A DNA stretch of 41,742 nt, taken from contig JYFJ02003445.1 of NCBI GenBank assembly GCA_000934665.2, positions 1 through 41,742 on the forward strand, given 5' to 3'. The DNA comes from Catajapyx aquilonaris (taxonomy: Eukaryota). Position 1 is the stretch's first letter; the number at the start of each line of letters is the position of its first letter. The notes under the pieces are model-generated. The model saw only the letters and a program-made list of their open reading frames with translations, searched no databases and was not told where the DNA came from. This document shows, piece after piece, positions 1 through 10,328 of the stretch. Made by a program: the position numbers and the translations under genes.

Positions 1-96
1 GGGGGGTCAGGAGATCGTTACGGTCCCGTTACAGAGGGGGGGAGGGGGTCAAAAATGGCCAAAAATACCGTTACGTAATATGTGGACGTCCCCTTA
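1..96. mobile_element. Right end of a MITE (Tourist/PIF-Harbinger-like), truncated by the window edge
   Basis: Ends ...CGTTACGTAATATGTGGACGTCCCC followed by TTA (94-96). G-run blocks (GGGGGGAGGGGGTCAAAAA) resemble widespread arthropod MITEs with GGG...CCC termini and TWA target sites. Left TIR is not in the window. Confidence 0.55.
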
Positions 97-447
97 GCAC
101 TAACTGGTGAGCTATATTGCTGCTGGAAACAAGGGGTAAATCACTCGTCAAGTCTGTTGTACGATATAAGGTCTGTTGTATGCTCAACTGCCAACTAGAG
201 GAGAGTACTAGTAGGTATTGTTAAAAATGGTGTCACTGGGAAATATTTTATAATGTTGCAACAAAGGAATTTGCTACCAGAAAGAGGCTGAAGACATCTC
301 ATTTGAAGTGGTATGAATCTGTGCCATAAGCAAGGAGTTTGATACCTTTTTTAGTTGCAAGATAAGAGTGTGGTCATATAGCCAGTCAATGAAGTTGAAG
401 ATGTTTCTTCATTTATATACTCTTGTTATCACATATCAATTTTCCAG

Positions 448-2497
448 GTCAGTGATTCGGGAGAGCGTCATCCAGAGCAAGCAGATGGGACGGCGTGAGA
501 ACAAGATCATTAATATTGAGGGTCGGGTTCAGTTTGACCTCTTTTTGGTCCTTCTACGTGACTACAAGCTTCGCTCATACTCACTCAACTCTGTCAGCTT
601 CCATTTCCTCCAAGAACAGAAGGAGGATGTCCACCACTCCATCATCACTGACCTGCAGAATGGGACAGCTCAAACTCGCCGACGCTTGGCAGTCTATTGC
701 CTGAAAGATTCTTTGCTTCCACTACGCTTGCTGGACAAGCTCATGTGCATCATCAATTATATGGAGATGGCTCGAGTGACTGGAGTAGCACTCGGTGCTT
801 TGCTGACCCGTGGTCAGCAGGTAAAGGTAATGTCCCAGTTACTGCGGAAGACCAAGGAGAGAGGGATGGTCATACCTACTACACATACACAGGCATCTGA
901 AGAACAGTTTGAAGGTGCCACTGTGATAGAGCCAGAAAAGGGTTTTTATAAGGAGCCAATTGCAACTCTAGATTTTAGCTCTTTGTACCCATCTATTATG
1001 ATGGCACACAATTTGTGTTATTCAACGCTGCTTCATAGTACAAGTGGGTTAAATGAGGATCAATACACCCACACTCCTTCCAATAATTACTTTGTTAAGG
1101 CTGATCTGTGCAAAGGGTTGCTTCCAGAAATTCTTGAGAGTTTGCTAGCAGCACGGAAGAGAGCTAAGTTTGAGCTCAAGAATGAAACTGATGAGTTTAA
1201 GAGAAAGGTGCTTGATGGGCGTCAGCTTGCACTCAAGATAAGTGCCAATTCAGTGTATGGATTTACTGGTGCACAAGTTGGAAAGCTGCCATGCATTGAG
1301 ATTTCACAGAGTGTGACAGCGTTTGGGCGCCAGATGATTCTCCAGACTAAAGAAGCAGTAGAGAAGCAGTACCGTGCAGGTGAGAATGGCTACCAGTATG
1401 ATGCAAAAGTAATATATGGGGACACTGACTCGGTCATGGTCAATTTTGGAGTCAAGACTGTTGCTGAGGCTATGGAGTTGGGTCGTGAAGCTGCTGGATT
1501 GGTCACTAAGCACTTTCCAGAGCCAATCCGACTGGAGTTTGAGAAGGTGTACTACCCTTACCTATTGATCAATAAGAAGCGCTATGCTGGCTTATATTTC
1601 ACACGTCCTGAGATACATGACAAGATGGACTGTAAGGGACTAGAGACAGTTCGGCGAGACAATTGTCCTCTGGTGTCCAAGCTCATCAACACATGTCTGC
1701 AGCGCATTTTGATAGACCGAGACCCTTCAGGTGCTCAGCAACATGCCAAGCAGGTTATTTCTGACCTTCTGTGCAACCGCGTAGACATCTCTCAGCTTGT
1801 CATCAGCAAGGAGTTGACCAAGACAGACAAGGAATATACTGCTAGACAAGCCCATGTGGAGCTGGCTCACAAGATGAGAAAGCGTGATCCTGGTACTGCC
1901 CCGAAACTTGGTGATCGGGTGCCATATGTGATCACGGCTGCTGGACGTGGGACGCCAGCCTACCAAAAAGCTGAGGATCCCATCTATGTGCTTGAGAACA
2001 ACATTCCAATTGACTGCCAGTACTACCTTGAAAATCAGCTGTCAAAACCACTCCTGCGTATATTTGAGCCAATTTTGGGTGAGAAAGCTGAGTCAATCTT
2101 ACTTAGAGGTGACCACACCAGGACCAAGACGTTGGTGACTTCTAAGGTTGGTGCGCTGTCAGCTTTCACTACAAAGAAAGCAACATGCATTGGGTGTAGA
2201 GCAGTTCTGCGAGATGGAGGCTCCAGTGATGCTATATGTGAGCATTGCCGTGAACGGGAGGCTGACATATACATGAAGGAGGTTGTGCTAATGCGCACCT
2301 TGGAACACAGATTCTCTCGGCTATGGACACAGTGCCAAAGATGTCAAGGAAGCCTGCATGAAGATGTAATTTGCACCAGTCGGGACTGTCCAATCTTCTA
2401 CATGAGGAAGAAGGTGCAGAAGGATCTGAGTGACCAAGATGCACTCATCAGAAGGTTTGGCGACCCTGTACTCAACAAGGGAGACGACTTGTGGTAG
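448..2497 (+). CDS. POLD1: DNA polymerase delta catalytic subunit, terminal coding exon (5' exons lie upstream of the window)
   Basis: B-family motifs [17 protein letters not shown] and YGDTDS; exonuclease III region YCLKD; C-terminal CysA (CIGC..CEHC) and CysB (CQRC..CTSRDC). Acceptor TTTCCAG ends at 447, so ORF-track residues from 368-447 are intronic. Stop TAG 2495-2497; ATTAAA at 2585-2590. Confidence 0.97.
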
Positions 2498-3618
2498 ATG
2501 AAGTTGGGGGACGGGATCATGTTGGATCATTTGGGATATTTTTCATGTCCAATGTTTTTTTTATGCTGTATTCAGTTAAAACTAATTAAAGAATCGGTGT
2601 TTCTTATTTTTTGTGGTGATTGCAGCTTGTATTCGCACGGTGTGGAATTTACCTATTTTTTGTTTCAGGCCTGTATCATGTATGTCCAACTTATTTGTGA
2701 ATGGTACCATTAGCAAATGATACACACTATACAGTATTGATGGATTTTAAAATTAATGTTTACTGGATATTTTAAACTAGGATCGATCAATTTTTTCATT
2801 CACACTTGACTATCCCATTCCCTTGAGCTTGAATGCATCTCTGGAGTCATAGCCATGCTTCCCGCCGGTTTTCATCCTGGCACGACTGTTTTGGCGCTGC
2901 CGTCGCGCCATACTCTCCGATGTTTTGATGAGTGAACCCCCTGGTGGCGGGTGATGGTAAGCAGTGGGCAGAGGACGCCACCCTTCGAGTGGATGGTCCT
3001 TGTTCCTCCCCGGCATATTACGAACATCCCGCCTTCCTGGAGGATTGTTTTGTTTGTTTGTTCCGTGTTTGCGACCTTTGCAGGCAAATAGCGTGATTGA
3101 ACTGAAGGAGACTGTGACTGCTTGTTGTGGCGTCTGAGGGGCGAGCTGGGCGCATAGGAAATCCTTCCTTGGTCCTACTCTCCCTGCTGCCAAAAAGCGA
3201 TTCGCCGGGCCTGCTGGCCGTCTCTCTCCCTTTCAGTGCCAGCCCTCTTTGCGATAAACAGGTTGGTTCAGTGACCTCGTCGATTTGACTGGACGTGTCT
3301 CCTTTTCATGAGGAGAGGAGGTGCATTATTGGGCCCATGGAAATGTGCCAACGCTTGCGTCACATTCATGGGTGTGCATGGCTTTCATGTGTGGTTAACC
3401 TTGTTATTTTTATTTGTTGCCCACAAGGGACGGTTTTGTATGGGATGGTCTATAGAGCCAGTGCACTATGTGGTTGTGAGGTGCAGCATTGCAGATCGTG
3501 TGACACAAACTGGTCACATGGAGAATACTGATGATTCTTTTACGGTATTGTAGCCTGTAATGCAACGTGAGCATAATGCTGATGTGACAATGGGTAACAT
3601 TGTCAACAAGTAAAGTCC

Positions 3619-3704
3619 AATTGAATCGGTCATTTTGAAAAGGGGTCATATCCTCATTTGCTGCGCTGGAGATGACCCCCCTTTTCCAAATGACCGATTC
3701 AATT
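3619..3704. repeat. Inverted repeat/hairpin, ~31-bp arms and ~22-nt loop (mini-MITE or structured RNA)
   Basis: AATTGAATCGGTCATTTTGAAAAGGGGTCAT (3619-3649) pairs with ATGACCCCCCTTTTCCAAATGACCGATTCAATT (3672-3704), with one mismatch and a 2-nt bulge. Confidence 0.8.
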
Positions 3705-3817
3705 AAAGGCTTGTGGTGATGGTACTATTCCAAGGCTGAATACTTTAAACGGTAACCTAATTTGACTGAATTCCATCCAGCAGGTGCAACACATAGAGTA
3801 TAGCCTCAGGTGCATGC

Positions 3818-6800
3818 ATGGAGTGTGAGAAAACACCACAGCGGAGGCAGGCAAACAATGCCAGAGCCAGGTCTGCAAGGACAATTCGACGGCCTTCTAG
3901 ATTTCTTGACAACCAAGGTGATGATGGTGACTTGTCCAGGAAAGACGATGGTACTATTCAACTCCAAGGAAAGAGAAAGGTGGACAGTGCCAAGCGCATC
4001 CTGGAGGTGGATGGCATAAAGTGCCTGACCAATTCAGAATGCCCTATCAGTGAGGGAAAGATTATAGTGAGAACCCCTAAAAGATCAGAAAATGGTGAGT
4101 GCTGAGGGTGGGAGAACTTGCACTAAAGTCACTAATACGAGTTTATTGACTATCCTATATTAAAGTCACTGTCAGTGCCTTAAGTACTTGGGCATGGACT
4201 TATTTTGACCGGAAGTGCTGACCTTGAAAAAATTGCCGTGTGTGAGCTTGCAGCAGCAAATGACAATACAGTCGGTTAAAGGATTTCCTTACCACATGAG
4301 GTGAATAAATTACCCTCCAACAGAGGTGCTGCTTCCCCCTGATGCAATGACTCGCACTCCTCTAGCTAGCACCTCTGTTGGAGGCTAATTTCTTTGCATC
4401 ATGTGGTAAGGAAATCCCTTAACCGACTGTACATGGACCGGTTTCACTGAGCCCAGTATATTATAAATCCGAGTTTCTTTTCGAAAAATCTTCGGTTTTC
4501 ATTGTTGACAACAATGGTTGCTATGGGAATTCTTGTTATAACTGAGATTCTAAGTTATACTGAGCTCATTGAAACTGGCTGTGTGTTGGGGGGAACTTTC
4601 CTACATGAGAGAAAGATCTGATCATAATAATTGACCCCAACAATGTGCAGGAAAAACATTCCAAAGCCTGCCCCCTGTAACTAGACAACCACTTCGACTT
4701 GTTACATGACATTTCATGGAGCAACCCAGATATCTGTTACCTCCCTCCCAAGAGCCGGCAATCCCAGTTGGCCCATCATGATCATAATGAGGCCAGTTTT
4801 GTGCAACAACGAGCTTTAAAATGTGTGTTCTTGGGTATGTAACACTGCTTGATATGAAGAAGCTGCTTTCCTCTCAAAGTAGCCTAAAAGAGAGAGCAGG
4901 AGCAGTGCTTTGCCAGTTGTTCATACACATGCAATCCTGGTGGTCTTGTCTCTCCCTGTTTTGGCTTAAATTATAAGATTATTTTGGACATGCTTTTCAG
5001 TGAAAATGTTAATATTTTTACTTTATAAAAAACTGAGAAATCAATTAAAGTTACAAAATCTTGCTCGCAGATGCAATGTAGAAAAAACTATATTTAGGAG
5101 TGCACTTTTTGTGGCAATGCTTGCTCATTATTGTTGTATCATGTATTGTCAAAGTCACTATTTCCCCCCATTGTTTGCCACCTTGGTATGCCAATTCCAC
5201 CAATTTCTGGTTCCCCTCCTCAACCACCACCACGACAAAATATTGGGTCGATAATTTAACTCAGATACCATTCTGGCTAATTAAGACAGTGGAATGAGTC
5301 ATTTTGGAATAGGAAAGGATAGCAAGATAGGTGTGGCATGGAAAACATTACACAGTCACATGACCTGTCTGGCTGTCTCTAATGCACTGCCGTAACCATC
5401 ATAATTGAAGGTTACATGTTCCAAGGTCAAAAATGATGACCTTTTGTGCCGGGATCAGTTCAATAAGCATAGGAGGCACTAGTATTGGTGGCAGTTAGAC
5501 TTTGTCTCAGACCATTTCTTTTGTCCTGTGTATTTAGTGTTGGGGAAACAAGAGGCAAAAGTGGAAGCAGAGAGTCCAGGTGGCCCACTCATGGAGAGCC
5601 CCGTCATGGATTTGTTCCCTCAAACACAGCAGCAAATGTACCAAAATGGAACTTCCCCACAGTGCAACATTGTATGGGACTGTAACTCCCCGCAGTATCG
5701 TGATTCTGTTGCCCCATCAACTCATGGTGAGTCCTTAACTTTTAAATTCAGTGACCTAATTGAGTAAATCATGGTAGGGTACAAGTGTCTATGTAACTAG
5801 TACACTTTGTTGATAGGGATGAGAACTGGAGGAGTATTTCATCCGAGAAGGTCACAGAGAGAAATGTCCACTGTCACTTCACCACATTGTGGGCATATGT
5901 GTCCTCCAAAGACCATGGCCGCAGACACTGTGACAATGGATAGCAAAGGAGCATCAAGAGTGAACAATGGAGAATTTACTTCCGAAGCAGCTGTGTTACC
6001 TTACAAGAATCCAAAAAAGGCTTTGGCTGGAATAGGTCGCATCAGTGCAGACCTTCAGTCCATTATTGGAAGTGCTGCATGTGATGGTTAGCTTGCTGTT
6101 ATTGTCATTGTCATTGTCATTATGTGAGTATTATACAAAATTACTTGTACAGGAATGGGAGAAGAAGAGGAAAAGGAGGAGGAAATGTTTACATCTGAAA
6201 AGAAGAATGCAACACAGGCTGAAATGTCTAGAAACAGGCTAAAGGGAGGCTGTGAGTTTGAGGAGACACCATCTGCGTTGGACAGTGAGAGGAAGAAAGA
6301 CCAATCTGAGAAGGACTTAGACCTGTGGAGTGAAGACTTCAAGGATGAGGATGACTGGATGTTAGCAGCTGCAGCAGCTGAGCGCATGGATGTTAGTGAA
6401 AATGGACGACAGCAATTACTTACAAGACTACCACCTGTGAAGACAGTACCTAAAGCTGTAGGGAAGACACCTACTTCCTTTGGCTCCAATTCCCGCACCC
6501 ATTCTCCCAAGTCTAATCCGCAACTGAAAGGAAAGCGGCTTGTTTTTTTAGACACTACTATCATCAAAACCAACCAAAAGGGAAAGGAAAACAATAACCA
6601 GACACACAAAGGGCCAGTAACAAGTAGTGATAGAGTGACTGCAACATCCATAGTCAATTCCAAGCTCAATCGCAAGGAACTGTCAAAGAAATCAGAGCCT
6701 GGAGCCAAGGTTTCTCCTCAAGCAGGTCCATTGTGTACATCCACTAGTACACACACTTCCACTGCAGCCAAGTCTGCAACAAAAAGCAATGACATAGCAG

Positions 6801-8304
6801 AAAAGAAGGGGCACATGAGGGAAAAGGATGAGTGGGAAATGCTGTTTGGACAGGACTCAGATGATATGATTTTCAGCCAAATTGCCATTCCATCTGATGA
6901 CAAGCTTCTACAACCCAAGCGGGCAACCTCACCATCAATTCTGCAGACGTTGAAGCCAAGTGGTAGGTGATCATGTTGCAAGCAACAATAATTTGAATGG
7001 AATCTTTCACCATTTGTGTGATTTTTAGGGAATGATGTTACTCGTGAGATTCCAAAAGCTGCCTCTTCGGCCAAGAAGTGGGGACGTGGGGCCAATAAGC
7101 CTCTTGGAGCACCAGTGCCACCCAAAGATTCCAAGCCTCAGCAGCCCCAGTTGCAACAGCAAGCTGTCCATGACCCGTGGGGTGCAGATGATGATGATGA
7201 GGCCTTTCTTCAGGAACCGCAGCTTCTCAATTTGCTCAGTCAAGCAGAAGGTGAGTATCAGTTATTGACAGTTTATGGGTGACACAGTGGTGTAGTGGTT
7301 AACGCCACAGCCTTCCACCTCCAAGGTCCCGAGTTCGATCCCCAGGTCGGACGAAGGATACTTATGTGGATAGTTTCGATGGGTTCTCTCTGTGTTTGCG
7401 GGGATTTTCTCGGGGTTCTCCCGTTTCCCCCTGCAATCAAAATCCATCACACCGCTGGCTATGATTAAAGATGGTTCAAGAAAAGATGATCCCCTAAAAG
7501 GCCCAAGGAAGCCTATCACGGGGTTTCGAAAAAAAAAAAAAAATGACAGTTTAAGCTTACCACAGCATTTTCCAGGTGAAAGTGAGTAATCCGTATTAAA
7601 AGCATTATTGCCAATATTATGTTCACTAGGTCTTTAAATTCAGGTACACCACATAGATTTTAATATTGCACAGAGAAATAGGTTAACTTTCATTTTAATA
7701 TTGACTTTTTCATAGCGTAATCTGTGTTTGGGATCTGGGTTTAGGATCTCCTGGATTTAGCCTCCATCTATTTATGCACACAAAGGCACAAGGCCAGAAA
7801 TTAGAAAGTACCATACGTTATTCTTGCCTGCATACCATTGCATTGTTTAAAATTATGGTGTTGACTCCAATCTGCAGTAAGTCACACGCCTAGTTTTAAG
7901 TAGTCAAATGTTGGAAAAAATATTAGTACCTACCAAGAGTATTGCAACTTTGTACGTATAGACTACGCTTTATGGAATGTAAGTTTTTCTCATAAATTTC
8001 GTGGAACTACTTGCAAGGTTGAATGCTGCATGGATAAGTGCATAGAAAGTAATGATAATAGTGTGCTTGGAATAGAGTAAAGATTATAATTAACTTCTTG
8101 ATTCTAGGTACTCCTGAAACCAAAGTGGCAGCACCGACTTGCACTCCCCTGGAGATTGAAGCTAAGAGACTGCTGGCTAAGCAGCGACTACAGGCCAAAA
8201 GGCTGCGAGAGCAGCGATCTAAAGGCTTGGCCCTGCAACCTCGTCCCTCTGCCACTGCACCTGGACCTGCTCATCTGCCACCTGTTAAGAGGGCCAAGCC
8301 TTAA
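3818..8304 (+). CDS. ETAA1: ETAA1-like protein (putative RPA-binding ATR activator), ~654 aa
   Basis: Exons 3818-4094, 5538-5726, 5817-6086, 6153-6962, 7029-7250, 8108-8304. All introns are GT-AG and phase 1, joining into one open frame of 1965 nt. Motifs: RTPKR; TSPQCNIVWDCNSP (cf. human ETAA1 QNDIFWDQNSP); acidic-hydrophobic DEDDWML, DSDDMIFSQI and WGADDDDEAFL; C-terminal CTPLEIEAKRLLAKQRL (cf. CSPEEIQRKRQEALVRR). Gene structure is well supported; orthology is inferred from short motifs. Confidence 0.75.
4267..4431. mobile_element. TA-flanked MITE, Tc1/mariner (pogo/Tigger-like) type
   Basis: TA|CAGTCGGTTAAAGGATTTCCTTACCACATGA...TCATGTGGTAAGGAAATCCCTTAACCGACTG|TA; ~60-bp imperfect TIRs including CCTCCAACAGAGGTGCT/AGCACCTCTGTTGGAGG; TA target duplication. 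Confidence 0.85.
4438..4578. mobile_element. Second, older MITE-like inverted repeat
   Basis: CCGGTTTCACTGAGCCCAGTATATTATAAATCCGAGTT versus the reverse complement of AACTGAGATTCTAAGTTATACTGAGCTCATTGAAACTGG; ~38-bp degenerate arms; no clear TSD. Confidence 0.55.
7276..7543 (+). mobile_element. tRNA-derived SINE with V-domain-like core, poly(A) tail and 10-bp TSD
   Basis: A box TGGTGTAGTGGT (7288-7299); B box AGTTCGATCCC (7332-7342); core GTTCTCTCTGTGTTTGCGGGGATTTTCTCGGGGTTCTCCCGTTTCCCCC; 3' stem-loop 7491-7523; A15 tail; TSD TGACAGTTTA at 7266-7275 and 7544-7553. Confidence 0.9.
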
Positions 8305-10328
8305 ATAATGCCAATCATCTGCATTTTCATGATTCATCATTCAGTGTGCAGTGAAAAGTTGAGAGTAAGCATTCAAGGATGTACAGTAGTCCCAAACTTG
8401 GGCTTTTCTCATCTTAGTAACTGCTCAATGCCTTCTAGGATAGTTCCTAATGAGCTTCCAGGACATAAGGGAACACAGCATGTGTGTACTAAAATGTTTG
8501 GCTGCTTCTGTTTCCACTATGTTTGAATCAATGCAATGTAACTATTCTGTGAATTTGAGGCAACTATGTTACCTGAGGCACACAGAATGTGGAAATATGA
8601 GGATAAAATTGATTCAAAAAAAAAAAAAAAAATCCAGATAAGAGTAAATAAGGGTAGTCACTAAGGATACTGGCAAGTATTACTGGGACCAACCATTGTC
8701 AAACAGCTAAGGTTGTTGCCAACAAAAAGAATGAAACCAAAAGTTCAGAATTTTGCACCCCCAAAGTCTTCCTTGCCAAACAGTAGGCTCCCTACAATAG
8801 TGTAATATGTATCCTTATTGTTTCATGTGCTATCCACCAGAGTAAAAATCTGAAATTAAGTAGGGACAGAAGCAATGAATAAATGCATCAACCTACCAAA
8901 AGTACTATTGAATATTCAGAATGCAACCTGATTGACTTTCACCTCTTGACAATCATCAAGTTCAGTGAGCTTCCAAACTCAACGTTTACCTCTAAACCTC
9001 AGAATTGAGGTCAGATGTAGATAGAGTTCTTCTGTCTTCTCTTGAAACTTTGCAGTGCAGTTATATTCATGTTGCCTTTTTCATAGTTCATGTTGATATC
9101 ACGTGCCTTTATTTTATTGTTAGTCAAAATAACTGTGTCCCACTCGACGGTCCCACTACACACAGCCACTTTTCAAGCAGAGTCACTGCATATCATAAAA
9201 TGGTAAACATGACACAGCTGACTTGTAGCAAGTATTATGTTGGCACTACAGCTGCTGAGATTGGATTTAATGCAACAAAACTGTTGTCAGTGGTTACTAA
9301 TTTTACTTACAGGTACTAATGGCAAGTGACCTCGAGGTTGCAGTAATAATAATAATTTGACAGTGTAGTATTGGAATAAGCTGTAAAAATAAAGGCACAT
9401 CAGAATATATGGGTTGATTCAAAAACAATACTTTAGTATGCCTTATAATAAACCCACCTTTTCTGTGTTCGAGGAGATCATTCAATGCTTGTTAAATATA
9501 CTCAGAAAGTGCTGTATACAGAATGTAGTGAAGTAGTACTTGGCAAAAGGTTAAGTTAATATTTAAGTTTCCAAAATGAAATGGTTGATTTCAAGAATAT
9601 GAAGACTTCTCTCACTTCTACAACATTTCCGTAAATACCTGGGAACTATGGTGGCACAATATCATTTGAGATTTATTGTAATGCCAGTTGAAATTGATAT
9701 GTGTTGTTTCTCACAACCTGAGTAAAGGATGTGAAGGGAAACGTGAGAATATTAATATTAGTTGTGTAGATATTTGTAACCAGTGTTTATTTAGACTAGA
9801 GAAATGTTTGTGAAATACACATAATTTGTCAATATATTGTTTCTGTGGCAAAAATGCTATTTTGAAAGGATGTCTTTCACTGTATAAAAAACAGGGTGTA
9901 AGATATTGAAGATGTTACAATCATTAACTGTTTCTTTATTTTATTGCTGTGGTGATTTAACAATAAGGACAGCTTTTGGTGGCACAACATCATGTTTTTA
10001 TTGTACTTACAGTAGATGTGGGCAGGCTGCATCTGCTCTTGTCTGTTATGAGTCAAAGATCAGAGTGTGCTGGATGGGTTGAGTGCATAAGATGTGCACT
10101 GTTGCAACTACAGCTACTTTTGGGAGGGGATAATCCAATGATAGGCCAACCTTTAGATTGGAAAGATGATTGGATGGATGGATGGATAATTGGATGGATG
10201 GATAGTTGCAGGCAATGGCACCTGATTGGCACCTTAATTATTGCTTTTCTTTTCAAGTGCAATCCTCTGAAGCTCTTCTGCTTGGTTGCTTACATGCATG
10301 TGTTAACATGTGAAACAACAACAGGTCA

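Noticed and set aside
368..447. N-terminal part of the 709-aa POLD1 ORF
   Set aside because: GTG start and non-homologous residues upstream of a clear acceptor at 446-447; intronic.
3753..3760. TAACCTAA as a telomerase RNA template for TTAGG
   Set aside because: An 8-mer expected by chance; it overlaps a branch-point-like CTAAT before an acceptor, with no supporting promoter or structure.
6088..7134. 206-aa and 138-aa minus-strand ORFs
   Set aside because: Antisense shadows of the large ETAA1-like exon, with no recognisable motifs.
7277..7350. tRNA gene
   Set aside because: A and B boxes are present but there is no proper acceptor stem; it continues into a SINE body with poly(A) and TSD.
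10157..10204. (GGAT)n-like repeat in the M13 3' UTR
   Set aside because: Short, degenerate simple repeat with no evidence of function.
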